From: Candidatus Saganbacteria bacterium
GTDB lineage: Bacteria > Margulisbacteria > WOR-1 > O2-12-FULL-45-9
Direction: 5' to 3'
Assembly (NCBI GenBank): GCA_016219705.1
Contig: JACRKQ010000012.1
Span: 1 to 59,466, forward strand
Length of the DNA: 59,466 nucleotides
Within the stretch, counting starts at the first letter, position 1. Each line of letters begins with the position of its first letter. A program made the translations under genes and the position numbers. Under the pieces are notes generated by a model. The model saw only the letters and a program-made list of their open reading frames with translations, was not told where the DNA came from and searched no databases. Below are positions 51,278 through 59,466 of this stretch, in pieces.

Positions 51278-51282
51278 AAATT

Positions 51283-52359
51283 ATGAAAGCAAAAATCATC
51301 ACCCCACAGGAGAGGGGGAGCTGGAACGATTTTGTGGCCGCCGCCCCTTATTCCCCCGTTCTCCAGTCGTATGAATGGGGGGAATTGAAAGCGCGTTTCG
51401 GTTGGCAGCCTATTCGGCTGGCGCTGGAGAATGAAGGCAAGATTGTGGCCGCTATTTCTATCCTGAAACGCGAAATTCCTTATCTTCGCCATTCATTATT
51501 CTATGCTCCCCGTGGCCCGGTTGTTAATTTATTTGATCGAGAATTGACTGAAGATCTGCTTGAAGCAGTGGAACATGAAGCGGAAAAACAACATGCCCTC
51601 TCTCTAAAAATTGACCCGGAATTGCCGGATATTCCGGCCAAGCAATCGGAAAACTTTGCTTTGTTAAATAAATTAGGTTTTGTTAAATCACTAAAACAGG
51701 TCCAACCCCGGGCGACATTTCTCCTCGACCTGACACCTGATTCAGACGCCCTGCTAAAAAATTTTGAACCGAAGACACGGTACAACATCAAGCTTGCCCA
51801 AAAAAAAGGGGTTGTTGTCAAAGAAGATGTCAGCGAAGAAGGGATCAAAAATTTTTATGATCTTTATCAGGAGACCTCTGTTCGGGATAGATTTATGATC
51901 CATCCGCTAAAATATTATCAGGCGATCAGGCAAATTATGTTTGAGAACGGCTTGGGGAGCAATTTTATCGCTTATTACAACGGCCAGCCGGTAGCGTCGG
52001 TTATTGTTTTTAATTTTGGCTCGCGTCTCTGGTATATGTATGGGGCGTCGGGCGCTTTGCACCGCAATGTCATGCCCAATCATCTTCTGCATTGGCAGAT
52101 TATCCAGTGGGCCAAGGAGAGGAATTTGAAAACGTATGATCTGTGGGGAATCCCTGCCGATCCGCGCGAAGGGCACCCACTTTTTGGCGTTTATCGTTTT
52201 AAGCAGGGTTTTAACGGCAACGCTGTGAAATTTATCGGCGCATATGATTTTCCTTACAGCCCGCTCTTTTACCACGCAGTTGAGTGGGGGGCGCTGTGGT
52301 GGAAAAATCTCAATAGCTTGATGCGGAAAGGCAAGATCGAGGACTCTCTGGGAGAATGA
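51283..52359 (+). CDS. FemABX/MurM-family lipid II aminoacyl transferase
   Basis: LQS.EWG..K, Y.PRGP, K.RYNI..A.KKGV, Y.YGAS, YD.WGI, G.YRFK.GF. Confidence 0.9.
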   Translation: MKAKIITPQERGSWNDFVAAAPYSPVLQSYEWGELKARFGWQPIRLALENEGKIVAAISILKREIPYLRHSLFYAPRGPVVNLFDRELTEDLLEAVEHEAEKQHALSLKIDPELPDIPAKQSENFALLNKLGFVKSLKQVQPRATFLLDLTPDSDALLKNFEPKTRYNIKLAQKKGVVVKEDVSEEGIKNFYDLYQETSVRDRFMIHPLKYYQAIRQIMFENGLGSNFIAYYNGQPVASVIVFNFGSRLWYMYGASGALHRNVMPNHLLHWQIIQWAKERNLKTYDLWGIPADPREGHPLFGVYRFKQGFNGNAVKFIGAYDFPYSPLFYHAVEWGALWWKNLNSLMRKGKIEDSLGE

Positions 52360-52471
52360 CAAATGCCAAATGACAAATTTCAAATAAATCGAAGAAATGA
52401 CAAAAAGGGAAATTTCTTTGATTTGAATTTTCCCCGATTAATTTGGGTTTTGTCATTAGGATTTTGAATTT
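52355..52471. repeat. Heptamer-based (AATGACA/TGTCATT) inverted-repeat element
   Basis: aatgaca aatgcca aatgaca aatttca ... tttgtcattaggattttgaattt. Confidence 0.7.
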
Positions 52472-52474
52472 ACG

Positions 52475-53884
52475 ATGAAGCATAACCGAATCGTTTATGA
52501 TTCTCGCCAAGTTCAGCCCGGTGACACCTTCGTCGCTATTCCTGGCTATAAGGTTGATGGGGCAAATTATATTCCGCAGGCGCTTGAGCGCGGGGCCAAA
52601 GTTATTGTTACCGAAAGAGATGATGTAAAAGTTCCAGAAGGAGTCGACTTGCAAAGAGTTCCTTCGGCTCGCCAGGCACTGGCCTTCTTAGCCAAGAAAT
52701 ATTATAACCATCCAACCAGCAAATTAACTTTAATTGGCCTTACCGGGACCAATGGAAAAACGACGACAGCTTACTTAATAGAATCTATATTACGCCAAGC
52801 GGGTTATAAAGTCGGCTTGATTGGGACAATCGGCGCCAAAATTGACGGCCAAACAATCGAATCAGCCTTAACGACTCCGGAATCGTTGGAACTGCAGCAA
52901 TTGTTAGCGCAAATGGTTGAGGCCAAAGTAACACATGCGGTGCTGGAAGTCTCGTCGCATGCTTTAGCCTTGGACCGCATGGCCGGTTGCGAATTTGATA
53001 TCGCAATTTTTACTAATTTAACCCACGATCATCTCGATTTTCACAAGACAAAAGAAGAATATTTAAATGTCAAAAAGAAACTTTTTACGATGTTAAAACC
53101 GGATGGAATCGCCATCATTAACGTTGATGATCCTGCCAGCAATCAACTGATTGAAGCGGTGCGAGGCGAAGTTATTACGTACGGAATTAGCCAAGCTAAA
53201 CATGAATTACGCAGTACCAAACAGAATGAGTTTGATATAGTTATTTCTGATATAGCGATCAGGGAAAAAGAGATGACGGTAAAGATTAATGGGTTGGAGC
53301 TGCGGACGCCATTAATTGGACTGCATAATGTTTACAATATTGCAGCGGCCTATCAATGCGGTTTGTGCCTGCATATTCCCCAAGCGACGATTAAAAAAGG
53401 GATCGAGTTATTAAAAAATGTTCCGGGGAGAGTTGAGCGAGTCGAAGCGGGCCAGCCATTTTCTGTAATTGTTGATTTTGCTCATTCGCCAGACGCGTTA
53501 GAAAAATTAATTGAAACTTATCGGCCGTTAACAACAGGGAAAATTATTTTAGTCTTTGGATGTCCAGGAGAACGAGACAAGGAAAAACGACCGATTATGG
53601 GAGAGCTGGCGGCTCGATTAGCAGATTATCTGATAATAACTACTGATGATCCCCATGGGGAAAATCCTGAGGAGATAGTTGAAGAGATCGTGGCGGGATT
53701 TTCCAATGTCCAATATCTAAAAATTGTTGACCGCAAAGCGGCTATCACCAAAGCTTTACAGCTGGCGCAAAAAGACGACACGGTCCTCATTGCCGGTCGC
53801 GGGCATGAACAATACCAGGACTTTGCGGGAAAGAAAGTTTATTTGGATGATAGGAAAGTGGTTGAGGAAATTTTGAAACATTAA
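52475..53884 (+). CDS. murE: UDP-MurNAc-tripeptide synthetase
   Basis: DSR.V, TGTNGKTT, TTPE, EVSSH, DHLDFH, DFAH.PD; DDPH at the DNPR position. Confidence 0.93.
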   Translation: MKHNRIVYDSRQVQPGDTFVAIPGYKVDGANYIPQALERGAKVIVTERDDVKVPEGVDLQRVPSARQALAFLAKKYYNHPTSKLTLIGLTGTNGKTTTAYLIESILRQAGYKVGLIGTIGAKIDGQTIESALTTPESLELQQLLAQMVEAKVTHAVLEVSSHALALDRMAGCEFDIAIFTNLTHDHLDFHKTKEEYLNVKKKLFTMLKPDGIAIINVDDPASNQLIEAVRGEVITYGISQAKHELRSTKQNEFDIVISDIAIREKEMTVKINGLELRTPLIGLHNVYNIAAAYQCGLCLHIPQATIKKGIELLKNVPGRVERVEAGQPFSVIVDFAHSPDALEKLIETYRPLTTGKIILVFGCPGERDKEKRPIMGELAARLADYLIITTDDPHGENPEEIVEEIVAGFSNVQYLKIVDRKAAITKALQLAQKDDTVLIAGRGHEQYQDFAGKKVYLDDRKVVEEILKH

Positions 53885-53959
53885 ACTGGTTACAATAGCA
53901 CAATTGTATTGTCAAGCTGATTTGCGAGCTCAACCTATGGTTGCAAAAATGGCAGTCCC

Positions 53960-55468
53960 TTAGTCCCTAAACCGGTATCTCAGTATCTCCGGATCCGACT
54001 CGTCAATCGCGATCATTTTATAAGGGAAAAAGACATTAGTGTCGGTTTCGCGGATATTCAGGTCGGTTAGCCTGACCTCCAGATGGACATCGGCCGGAAT
54101 GATCCTGATCTCATAATGGTTACTCCCCGACATCGGCTGGGACCAATTCTCAATAATTCGGCTGATCGTCTGCCTTTTGCCGGAAAATTCTTCTCCGAAT
54201 TCCGTCAGGATCGCCAGCAGCGGTTTACCCAGCCGGGCCTCCTTTAACAAATTAATACACCCCAGCATCCCGAGATGCTGGCCTAAAAGCTTTCCTTCCT
54301 CTTTTTCCACCGAACCGATGTTGAGGAGCAAAACCGAGACATCCTTGTAAAGACGCCCTATCCCAACTTCGTAGCGACTGTCGCCGGTAATGCCAATTTT
54401 AATAAATCCGTCATTTTTTGTGTCAGGGATCAGCGTGTTGATGATGACGCCGACGGCCGATTCCTGGTTGGTCCACCGTTCTGTATGATGGGCAGGATTG
54501 ACCAAAAGAGTAAAACCGTGTTTGTCTAATAATGAAACACCTTCCATTTCTTTAATCTCGGCGCCGGGGACCAGCAGCTTAAAATTTATTTCCCGGTTGC
54601 CAAAAAGGTCAGTGGCCGAAAGAAGTCCGTGAAATTTCAGGAGGACTCCGGCGGAGCCAAAGACATCGATTACTTTGGTTTTCTTTTGTTCATTATGATC
54701 GTTATATTTTGCCAGCAGTGATAGTATTCCTTCCATCGACTCGGTATGGTCGTCATGGTCGTGGGTGATGATGATGGCGTCGATATCGGCGATGCCCAGT
54801 CCCAAGTCGCGGAAAATCGCAAAAAAATCATAACCAGGATCAATGGCAATCCCCTTTGTCTGTCCCTGACGATTTTTCAGCGTCAGAAAATAGCCCCCAC
54901 CTTGTGATATTCCCTGGGAGAAGAGGGGCGTGGCAGAATTCCATTTATGGATTGTGCGCAGCATGTTTGGTCCCATGGCCCGGTCAAGCGCCCTAGGGAT
55001 ATTAAGATCATGGAGCAGTTTATCTTGATTTTTGTGGATGATATCGCGCGTCGGGAAAATCGTCTCTTCCATATAAGCAATTGCCCGCACCGCGGCGCTG
55101 TTGACCTTCTTTACCTGCAGGTCGTGCTGGCGGGAGAGTTTAAAATCGTGGTAAGCCTCCTGGAAACGTCCCTGGAGAAAATGAGTAATACCCAGCAGAT
55201 AAGCGGCCAGTCCGACGTCACCGTGTTCTTTCTGCGTCTTGCGAAATAATTCCTCGTAAATCTTTTCCGCTTCACTGTAAAGATTATCGTCGATACAGAG
55301 ATAACCGATCAGGTTCCATAGCTCAAGCTCGCGGACCGGCAAACTATTAAGGGTCAACAGGATGTCACGGAAGTTCTGGCGGAGCCATTCCCCGCGGTTG
55401 TGAAAATTTAAATGGAGAAGGGCGCCCCAGGTATTTGGGCGTTTGGTATCCAAAAGAGACTGATACAT
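53960..55468 (-). CDS. TPR plus metallo-beta-lactamase-fold protein
   Basis: Helical TPR-like N-terminus; IDPG, ITHDHDDH, TGDS. Confidence 0.75.
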   Translation of the reverse strand: MYQSLLDTKRPNTWGALLHLNFHNRGEWLRQNFRDILLTLNSLPVRELELWNLIGYLCIDDNLYSEAEKIYEELFRKTQKEHGDVGLAAYLLGITHFLQGRFQEAYHDFKLSRQHDLQVKKVNSAAVRAIAYMEETIFPTRDIIHKNQDKLLHDLNIPRALDRAMGPNMLRTIHKWNSATPLFSQGISQGGGYFLTLKNRQGQTKGIAIDPGYDFFAIFRDLGLGIADIDAIIITHDHDDHTESMEGILSLLAKYNDHNEQKKTKVIDVFGSAGVLLKFHGLLSATDLFGNREINFKLLVPGAEIKEMEGVSLLDKHGFTLLVNPAHHTERWTNQESAVGVIINTLIPDTKNDGFIKIGITGDSRYEVGIGRLYKDVSVLLLNIGSVEKEEGKLLGQHLGMLGCINLLKEARLGKPLLAILTEFGEEFSGKRQTISRIIENWSQPMSGSNHYEIRIIPADVHLEVRLTDLNIRETDTNVFFPYKMIAIDESDPEILRYRFRD

Positions 55469-55471
55469 TAA

Positions 55472-56758
55472 CTAAAATTTCCAGCTGGAGGAAATCATCT
55501 GGGTGCGGCCATAAGCGCCGCCGAGATAGGCGTAGTCGATGATCATCTGGCCGATGCCGAAGCTGATACCGACAGTCTTGTTCGATTTTGCCTGCTCGGT
55601 GTCGGAGAGGCCGGCCCGGAGAGCGATGCCGTAAGCAGGTTTGACTTCCACTCCGTAATGCATGGTCGGCTCTTTACTGTTTTGCCCCAGAAGATTGTGC
55701 ACATCAGCGGCGAGAGTTAATTCCTGGAGTGGTTTGATGGCTATCCCGCCATTGATCGTCATTTCGTAGCGGGCGGTTGTATGATTGTCGAATTTAATGT
55801 CGGTCGTCAATAGTTCTTTCGCGGCCAGGCCGAACATTAATTTGTCGGAGAAACGGAGCAGGCCGCCGATGTCGAAGCTGGCGCCCAGACCTTTGGCATT
55901 CAAACTGGTTAGAGTCACATCATAGATATTAAAGTTGCCGCCGATAGCAGCTATTTCCCCCCAGCCGGAGGCCAAAGACAAGGTGTACCAGTTGCTGTTT
56001 TGCTTAAGATTGGAATTCTTGTCAGACATAACAGTTAAGCCGAGAGCGAATTGCGCTTTGCCGGCCGGCGTTAGCTCCTCATCATCATAATCATGACGGT
56101 TGTCCCAATAATTAGGTCGGTAATAATCAGCCTGATACCAATAAGGATGATAATAATAGTGGCGATGACTGCTTTTAACCGCCGCTTCCAGGGCGGTTTT
56201 AGCCGCGGATTTAGCGACAAAAATTGTCCCTTTGCCGAGTTCCTTTATTCCCTCCTTGATCATTTTCCGACGGGAGACAGGCTCTCTCTGCGGCTCTTGC
56301 CCTTCAGCGATCTGTTTTTCTTCTTCTTCTTTTACCGTTTCTTCCAGTGATTCTTCCTTGCTCACTTTCTTCCCTGGGCGCCCCCAATTTTTTTTGACAA
56401 TTCCCCGGTCGGCTAGATATTTAGCCCCTTCCATGGCAAATAAAGAGGCGGCGCCGATGCCAAAAATCCAGGTAAAGGGGTCCATGCCGATTTCGAAACA
56501 AGCCTTGAGAGCGGCAACATTATCGCCGATCTGGTTGTTACGGTTTGTCAATTGATAGCTGCCGGACAGGTCGATGCCGGGATTGATGGCGAAACCGGCC
56601 GGATTCCAGTAAGCGGCGAAGGCATCGTCAGCAATAGCGGTAAAAGCGCTCCCCATCCCCATGGCGCGCGGGGCATAGATGGCGAAAGCAGGTTGAGAAG
56701 AATAATTAACAATTAACAATGACGCAATTAACAACAAGGAAACAATAATTTTCTTCAT
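55472..56758 (-). CDS. Outer membrane beta-barrel (PorV/FadL/TraF-like)
   Basis: Signal peptide; RAMGMG.AFTA.ADD..A.YWNPAG; C-terminal DYAY...WKF. Confidence 0.75.
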   Translation of the reverse strand: MKKIIVSLLLIASLLIVNYSSQPAFAIYAPRAMGMGSAFTAIADDAFAAYWNPAGFAINPGIDLSGSYQLTNRNNQIGDNVAALKACFEIGMDPFTWIFGIGAASLFAMEGAKYLADRGIVKKNWGRPGKKVSKEESLEETVKEEEEKQIAEGQEPQREPVSRRKMIKEGIKELGKGTIFVAKSAAKTALEAAVKSSHRHYYYHPYWYQADYYRPNYWDNRHDYDDEELTPAGKAQFALGLTVMSDKNSNLKQNSNWYTLSLASGWGEIAAIGGNFNIYDVTLTSLNAKGLGASFDIGGLLRFSDKLMFGLAAKELLTTDIKFDNHTTARYEMTINGGIAIKPLQELTLAADVHNLLGQNSKEPTMHYGVEVKPAYGIALRAGLSDTEQAKSNKTVGISFGIGQMIIDYAYLGGAYGRTQMISSSWKF

Positions 56759-56820
56759 TAATCTGCATTTTAACAAAATCATCTTGTCAATACAAGCCGA
56801 TGATGATAGAATTTATCACT

Positions 56821-57417
56821 ATGAATATTTTTGACCGTGTTAAAGAATTGCTTATAAATCCCCGGATAACCTGGGAGACGATTAAAGGCGAAGAGATCGA
56901 GATCAAAACATTTTTCATCAATTACGCCGCGCCGCTCGCCTTAATCCCGACTATCTGCGGCTTGATCGGCATTTCATTATTAGACGTCCGTTTTCCGGCG
57001 GGTAATGTCGCCCGGGCGCCGTTTTTTCAGGCGTTAATCGGCGGGATACTCGGATATGTTGTTAATTTAGCGGCGGTCTATGCCGGAGCCTGGGCCGTAA
57101 AATTTCTGGCGCCGATGTTCAACGCTAAATCCGATCTTAAAGAAGCGGTTAAAGTTGTCGGTTATTCTATGACCCCGGCCTGGCTGGTGGGGTTTTTCTC
57201 TCTGGTCCCAGGGTTATCAATCCTCTCTATCCTGGCCTTGTATTCAATTTATCTTTTAAGTCTTGGGGTGCAAATTATCTTGGAAACTCCGGCGGATAAA
57301 GTTATTTGGTTCACGCTCTCTATTTTATTGTCCGGAATCATAATCAGTTTTATCTCTTCGATCATCATGATCAATCTCGTTTATGGTCCAATGTTTGTCC
57401 GGATGATGGCGCTGTAA
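56821..57417 (+). CDS. Yip1-family membrane protein
   Basis: R.K.LL..P...WE.I..E, YS.TP.W..G, LYS.YLL.LG; five TM segments. Confidence 0.85.
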   Translation: MNIFDRVKELLINPRITWETIKGEEIEIKTFFINYAAPLALIPTICGLIGISLLDVRFPAGNVARAPFFQALIGGILGYVVNLAAVYAGAWAVKFLAPMFNAKSDLKEAVKVVGYSMTPAWLVGFFSLVPGLSILSILALYSIYLLSLGVQIILETPADKVIWFTLSILLSGIIISFISSIIMINLVYGPMFVRMMAL

Positions 57418-57418
57418 T

Positions 57419-58294
57419 TCAGTCAATCACTTTATTCAACGGATACTCGACAATGCCTCTGGCTCCCGCTTTTTTCAATTGAGGAATCAACTCCCGCACG
57501 GTGCTTTCATCAACCACGGTGTCGACGTCAACCCAGGCGGAATTGGAGAGCTCGGCGATGGTGGGGGTCTGCAGCGCCGGCAAAAGCTTAATAATCGACG
57601 AAAGGCGAGTTTTGATGACATTCATCTTCAGGCCGACTTTTGTTTCGGCGACCAGCGCCCCCTGGAGCAGCAATATTAAATTTTGCAATTTTTCATTTTT
57701 CCAGGGATTAGCTAAACAAGCCGGGTTGGCGATAACCACGGTATTTGATTCTACGACAGTGTCAATTATTTTCAATTTATTGGCGTGCAGTGATGAACCA
57801 GTTTCTGTCAATTCCACAATCGCGTCGGCCAGTTCCGGCGGCTTGGCCTCGGTTGCTCCCCAGGAAAATTCAACGGCGGCGTTGATTTTATTGTCCTTTA
57901 AATATTTTCGAGTAACGTTAACTAATTCAGTGGCGATTCTTTTTCCTTTGAGATCTTTAACGGTCTTAAATTTAGAATTTTCCGGCACCGCCAGGACCCA
58001 GCGGACTTTGCGCAAGCCCTGTTTGGCGTAGACCAGGTCGGCCACTTTTTTCACTTTGCAGCCGGATTCTACCACCCAGTCGTTGCCGGTCAGGCCGCAG
58101 TCAATGACCCCGCTTTCCACGTAACGGGCCATTTCTTGCGCCCGGCTCAACATGATTTCCAGTTCTGGATCATCGACACTGGGATAATAAGAGCGGGAGG
58201 ACGATTTGATCGACCAGCCGGCTTTCTTGAATAGCTCAAAAGTCGATTCTTGCAGTGAACCTTTAGGGAGTCCCAGCTTTAATGTTGCGGGCAT
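57419..58294 (-). CDS. hisG: ATP phosphoribosyltransferase, long form
   Basis: LPKGSL, D.G.TG.D, SWGATE, ETGSSL, GA.GI.E. Confidence 0.95.
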   Translation of the reverse strand: MPATLKLGLPKGSLQESTFELFKKAGWSIKSSSRSYYPSVDDPELEIMLSRAQEMARYVESGVIDCGLTGNDWVVESGCKVKKVADLVYAKQGLRKVRWVLAVPENSKFKTVKDLKGKRIATELVNVTRKYLKDNKINAAVEFSWGATEAKPPELADAIVELTETGSSLHANKLKIIDTVVESNTVVIANPACLANPWKNEKLQNLILLLQGALVAETKVGLKMNVIKTRLSSIIKLLPALQTPTIAELSNSAWVDVDTVVDESTVRELIPQLKKAGARGIVEYPLNKVID

Positions 58295-58578
58295 GACGGC
58301 ATCTCCTTTGATTCTTTGATGATTTGAGTTTCGGCCGAGCCAGCGGAAATAACATCAATTTTAAAGATTTCCAGTTTATACTTTGGCTCGACCGGCTTGG
58401 GGGCGGAACCCATGGCCTGGACTGACGCCAAGGACAACGCTAAAATACTAAATACTAATATCGAAATTCTAAACAAATAATAATTACCAAAATTCGAATG
58501 ATTTAAACGTTTTAATGTTTTGAATTTATAGTTTCTGATTTGTTTAGAGTTTAGAATTTCGGATTTCGTATTTTTCAT
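58279..58578 (-). CDS. Small exported hypothetical protein with a repeat-derived N-terminus
   Basis: Overlaps the panD stop and hisG start; hydrophobic segment ends VQA-MGS. Confidence 0.5.
   Translation of the reverse strand: MKNTKSEILNSKQIRNYKFKTLKRLNHSNFGNYYLFRISILVFSILALSLASVQAMGSAPKPVEPKYKLEIFKIDVISAGSAETQIIKESKEMPSCPQH
58440..58575. repeat. AT-rich heptamer inverted-repeat element, same family as 32410-32541
   Basis: 16-bp and 18-bp exact matches at 58461-58476 and 58538-58555. Confidence 0.8.
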
Positions 58579-58922
58579 TTCTCTTTCACCTCATTCCTTT
58601 CATCGACTAGAATTATTTTAGGTTTAAAGGTTTTAGCCTCTTTTTCATCAACTTGAGCGTAAGAGATGATAATAACTTTATCGCCTTTTTTGCCAAGTTT
58701 GGCGGCTGGTCCGCGCAGGGAAATCTCGCCTTTAATCCCTTCGATCACGTAAGTTTCAAAGCGGCTGGAATTGTTAAAATTGAGAACCTGGACCTTTTCG
58801 CCAGCCAGGAGGTCGGCTGCTTTCATTAATTCCTTATCAATGGCAATACTCCCCTCATAATAAAGGTGGGTATCAGAGATTTTGACCATATGGATCTTAG
58901 ATTTCAGCATGGTTAGGAGCAT
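58575..58922 (-). CDS. panD: Aspartate 1-decarboxylase
   Basis: MLKSKIH, YEGSI.ID, R.ETYVI, GPAA. Confidence 0.95.
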   Translation of the reverse strand: MLLTMLKSKIHMVKISDTHLYYEGSIAIDKELMKAADLLAGEKVQVLNFNNSSRFETYVIEGIKGEISLRGPAAKLGKKGDKVIIISYAQVDEKEAKTFKPKIILVDERNEVKEK

Positions 58923-58964
58923 GCTTTAATTATAGCGTGAAAACAGCTATAATGTAAACCCCTT

Positions 58965-59249
58965 ATGCCAATAAAAGTCATCGGTTTAGCCTTAGCTTTA
59001 ACATTGGCTGCGTCGGCGCCAATGGTGCGGGCGGAGACAGTGGAAGCGGTAAAAAAGGCTAATGTATGGCAGGAAATAGATATAACTTTTTGGCAAACCA
59101 TGCCTTTTGCTATTTTTTGGACCCATTTAGCGGAGCGTCAAATTTCTAATATGATTGTGCCTGGTGCTGCAACTCGCTGGGAGATCATTCTTCCCATCTC
59201 GGCTGTCATTGCGCTGGGGAATGCTTGGGTGCATAATCGAAGACTTTAA
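58965..59249 (+). CDS. Small exported/membrane hypothetical protein
   Basis: Signal peptide and hydrophobic C-terminus; TATAAT upstream. Confidence 0.55.
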   Translation: MPIKVIGLALALTLAASAPMVRAETVEAVKKANVWQEIDITFWQTMPFAIFWTHLAERQISNMIVPGAATRWEIILPISAVIALGNAWVHNRRL

Positions 59250-59464
59250 GTTGCCTGTCGTATGTAACCGATAGTGCCTTCTAAATAGCGAACTTTTATA
59301 GGTTTTGCCGAGTCAAATTCAATCTTGCCGCAAATAATTGAGACTCTGGGCGCATGAACTCTGCTGTCGGGAAACATCATGCCGATAGCGTTGGCTACAT
59401 TAACGATCTTTTCTTCGCCGGCGCCAGTCCCGCAGCTATCGAGAACGATATCGCTGCCGGGGAT
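59246..59464 (-). CDS. 3' end of a hypothetical protein entering from outside the window
   Basis: Open frame IPGSDIVLDSCGTGAG...YIRQAT*; the IVLDSC.TG segment resembles clan CD peptidase/DUF4347 motifs (weak). Confidence 0.5.
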   Translation of the reverse strand: MPGSDIVLDSCGTGAGEEKIVNVANAIGMMFPDSRVHAPRVSIICGKIEFDSAKPIKVRYLEGTIGYIRQAT

Positions 59465-59466
59465 TA

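Overview
A 59.5-kb bacterial chromosomal window with a housekeeping backbone: miaB, prs, hom, birA-aroH-aroF, hflX, pilB-pilC-pilin, proS-purF-purM-purN, purH, tsaC, cysS-serS, fixABCX, pabA-pabB-pabC-like, femABX-murE, hisG, panD. SLH-porin and other beta-barrel genes indicate a diderm; an uncultured Margulisbacteria/Saganbacteria-like lineage is my inference only. No rRNA, tRNA, CRISPR array or intact transposase was recognised. Four patterns stand out. (1) A sigma28-like bipartite motif, (G/C)AA(A/G)TTT-N12-nnnGATAA, occurs six times with invariant spacing, always in front of orphan or atypical genes and never housekeeping genes, suggesting an uncharacterised regulon. (2) Several accessory modules (a 7.8-kb island, an AAA ATPase, two TA-like pairs) are bracketed by short diverged duplications of a neighbouring gene end, with no intact integrase. 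(3) Short palindromic and heptamer-repeat elements occur between genes and in-frame inside conserved enzymes. (4) Single oddities: a truncated serine recombinase fused in-frame to MiaB, fixC lacking a canonical start codon, and a poly-A frameshifted membrane protein gene. All calls come from reading motifs by eye; no database searches were run.
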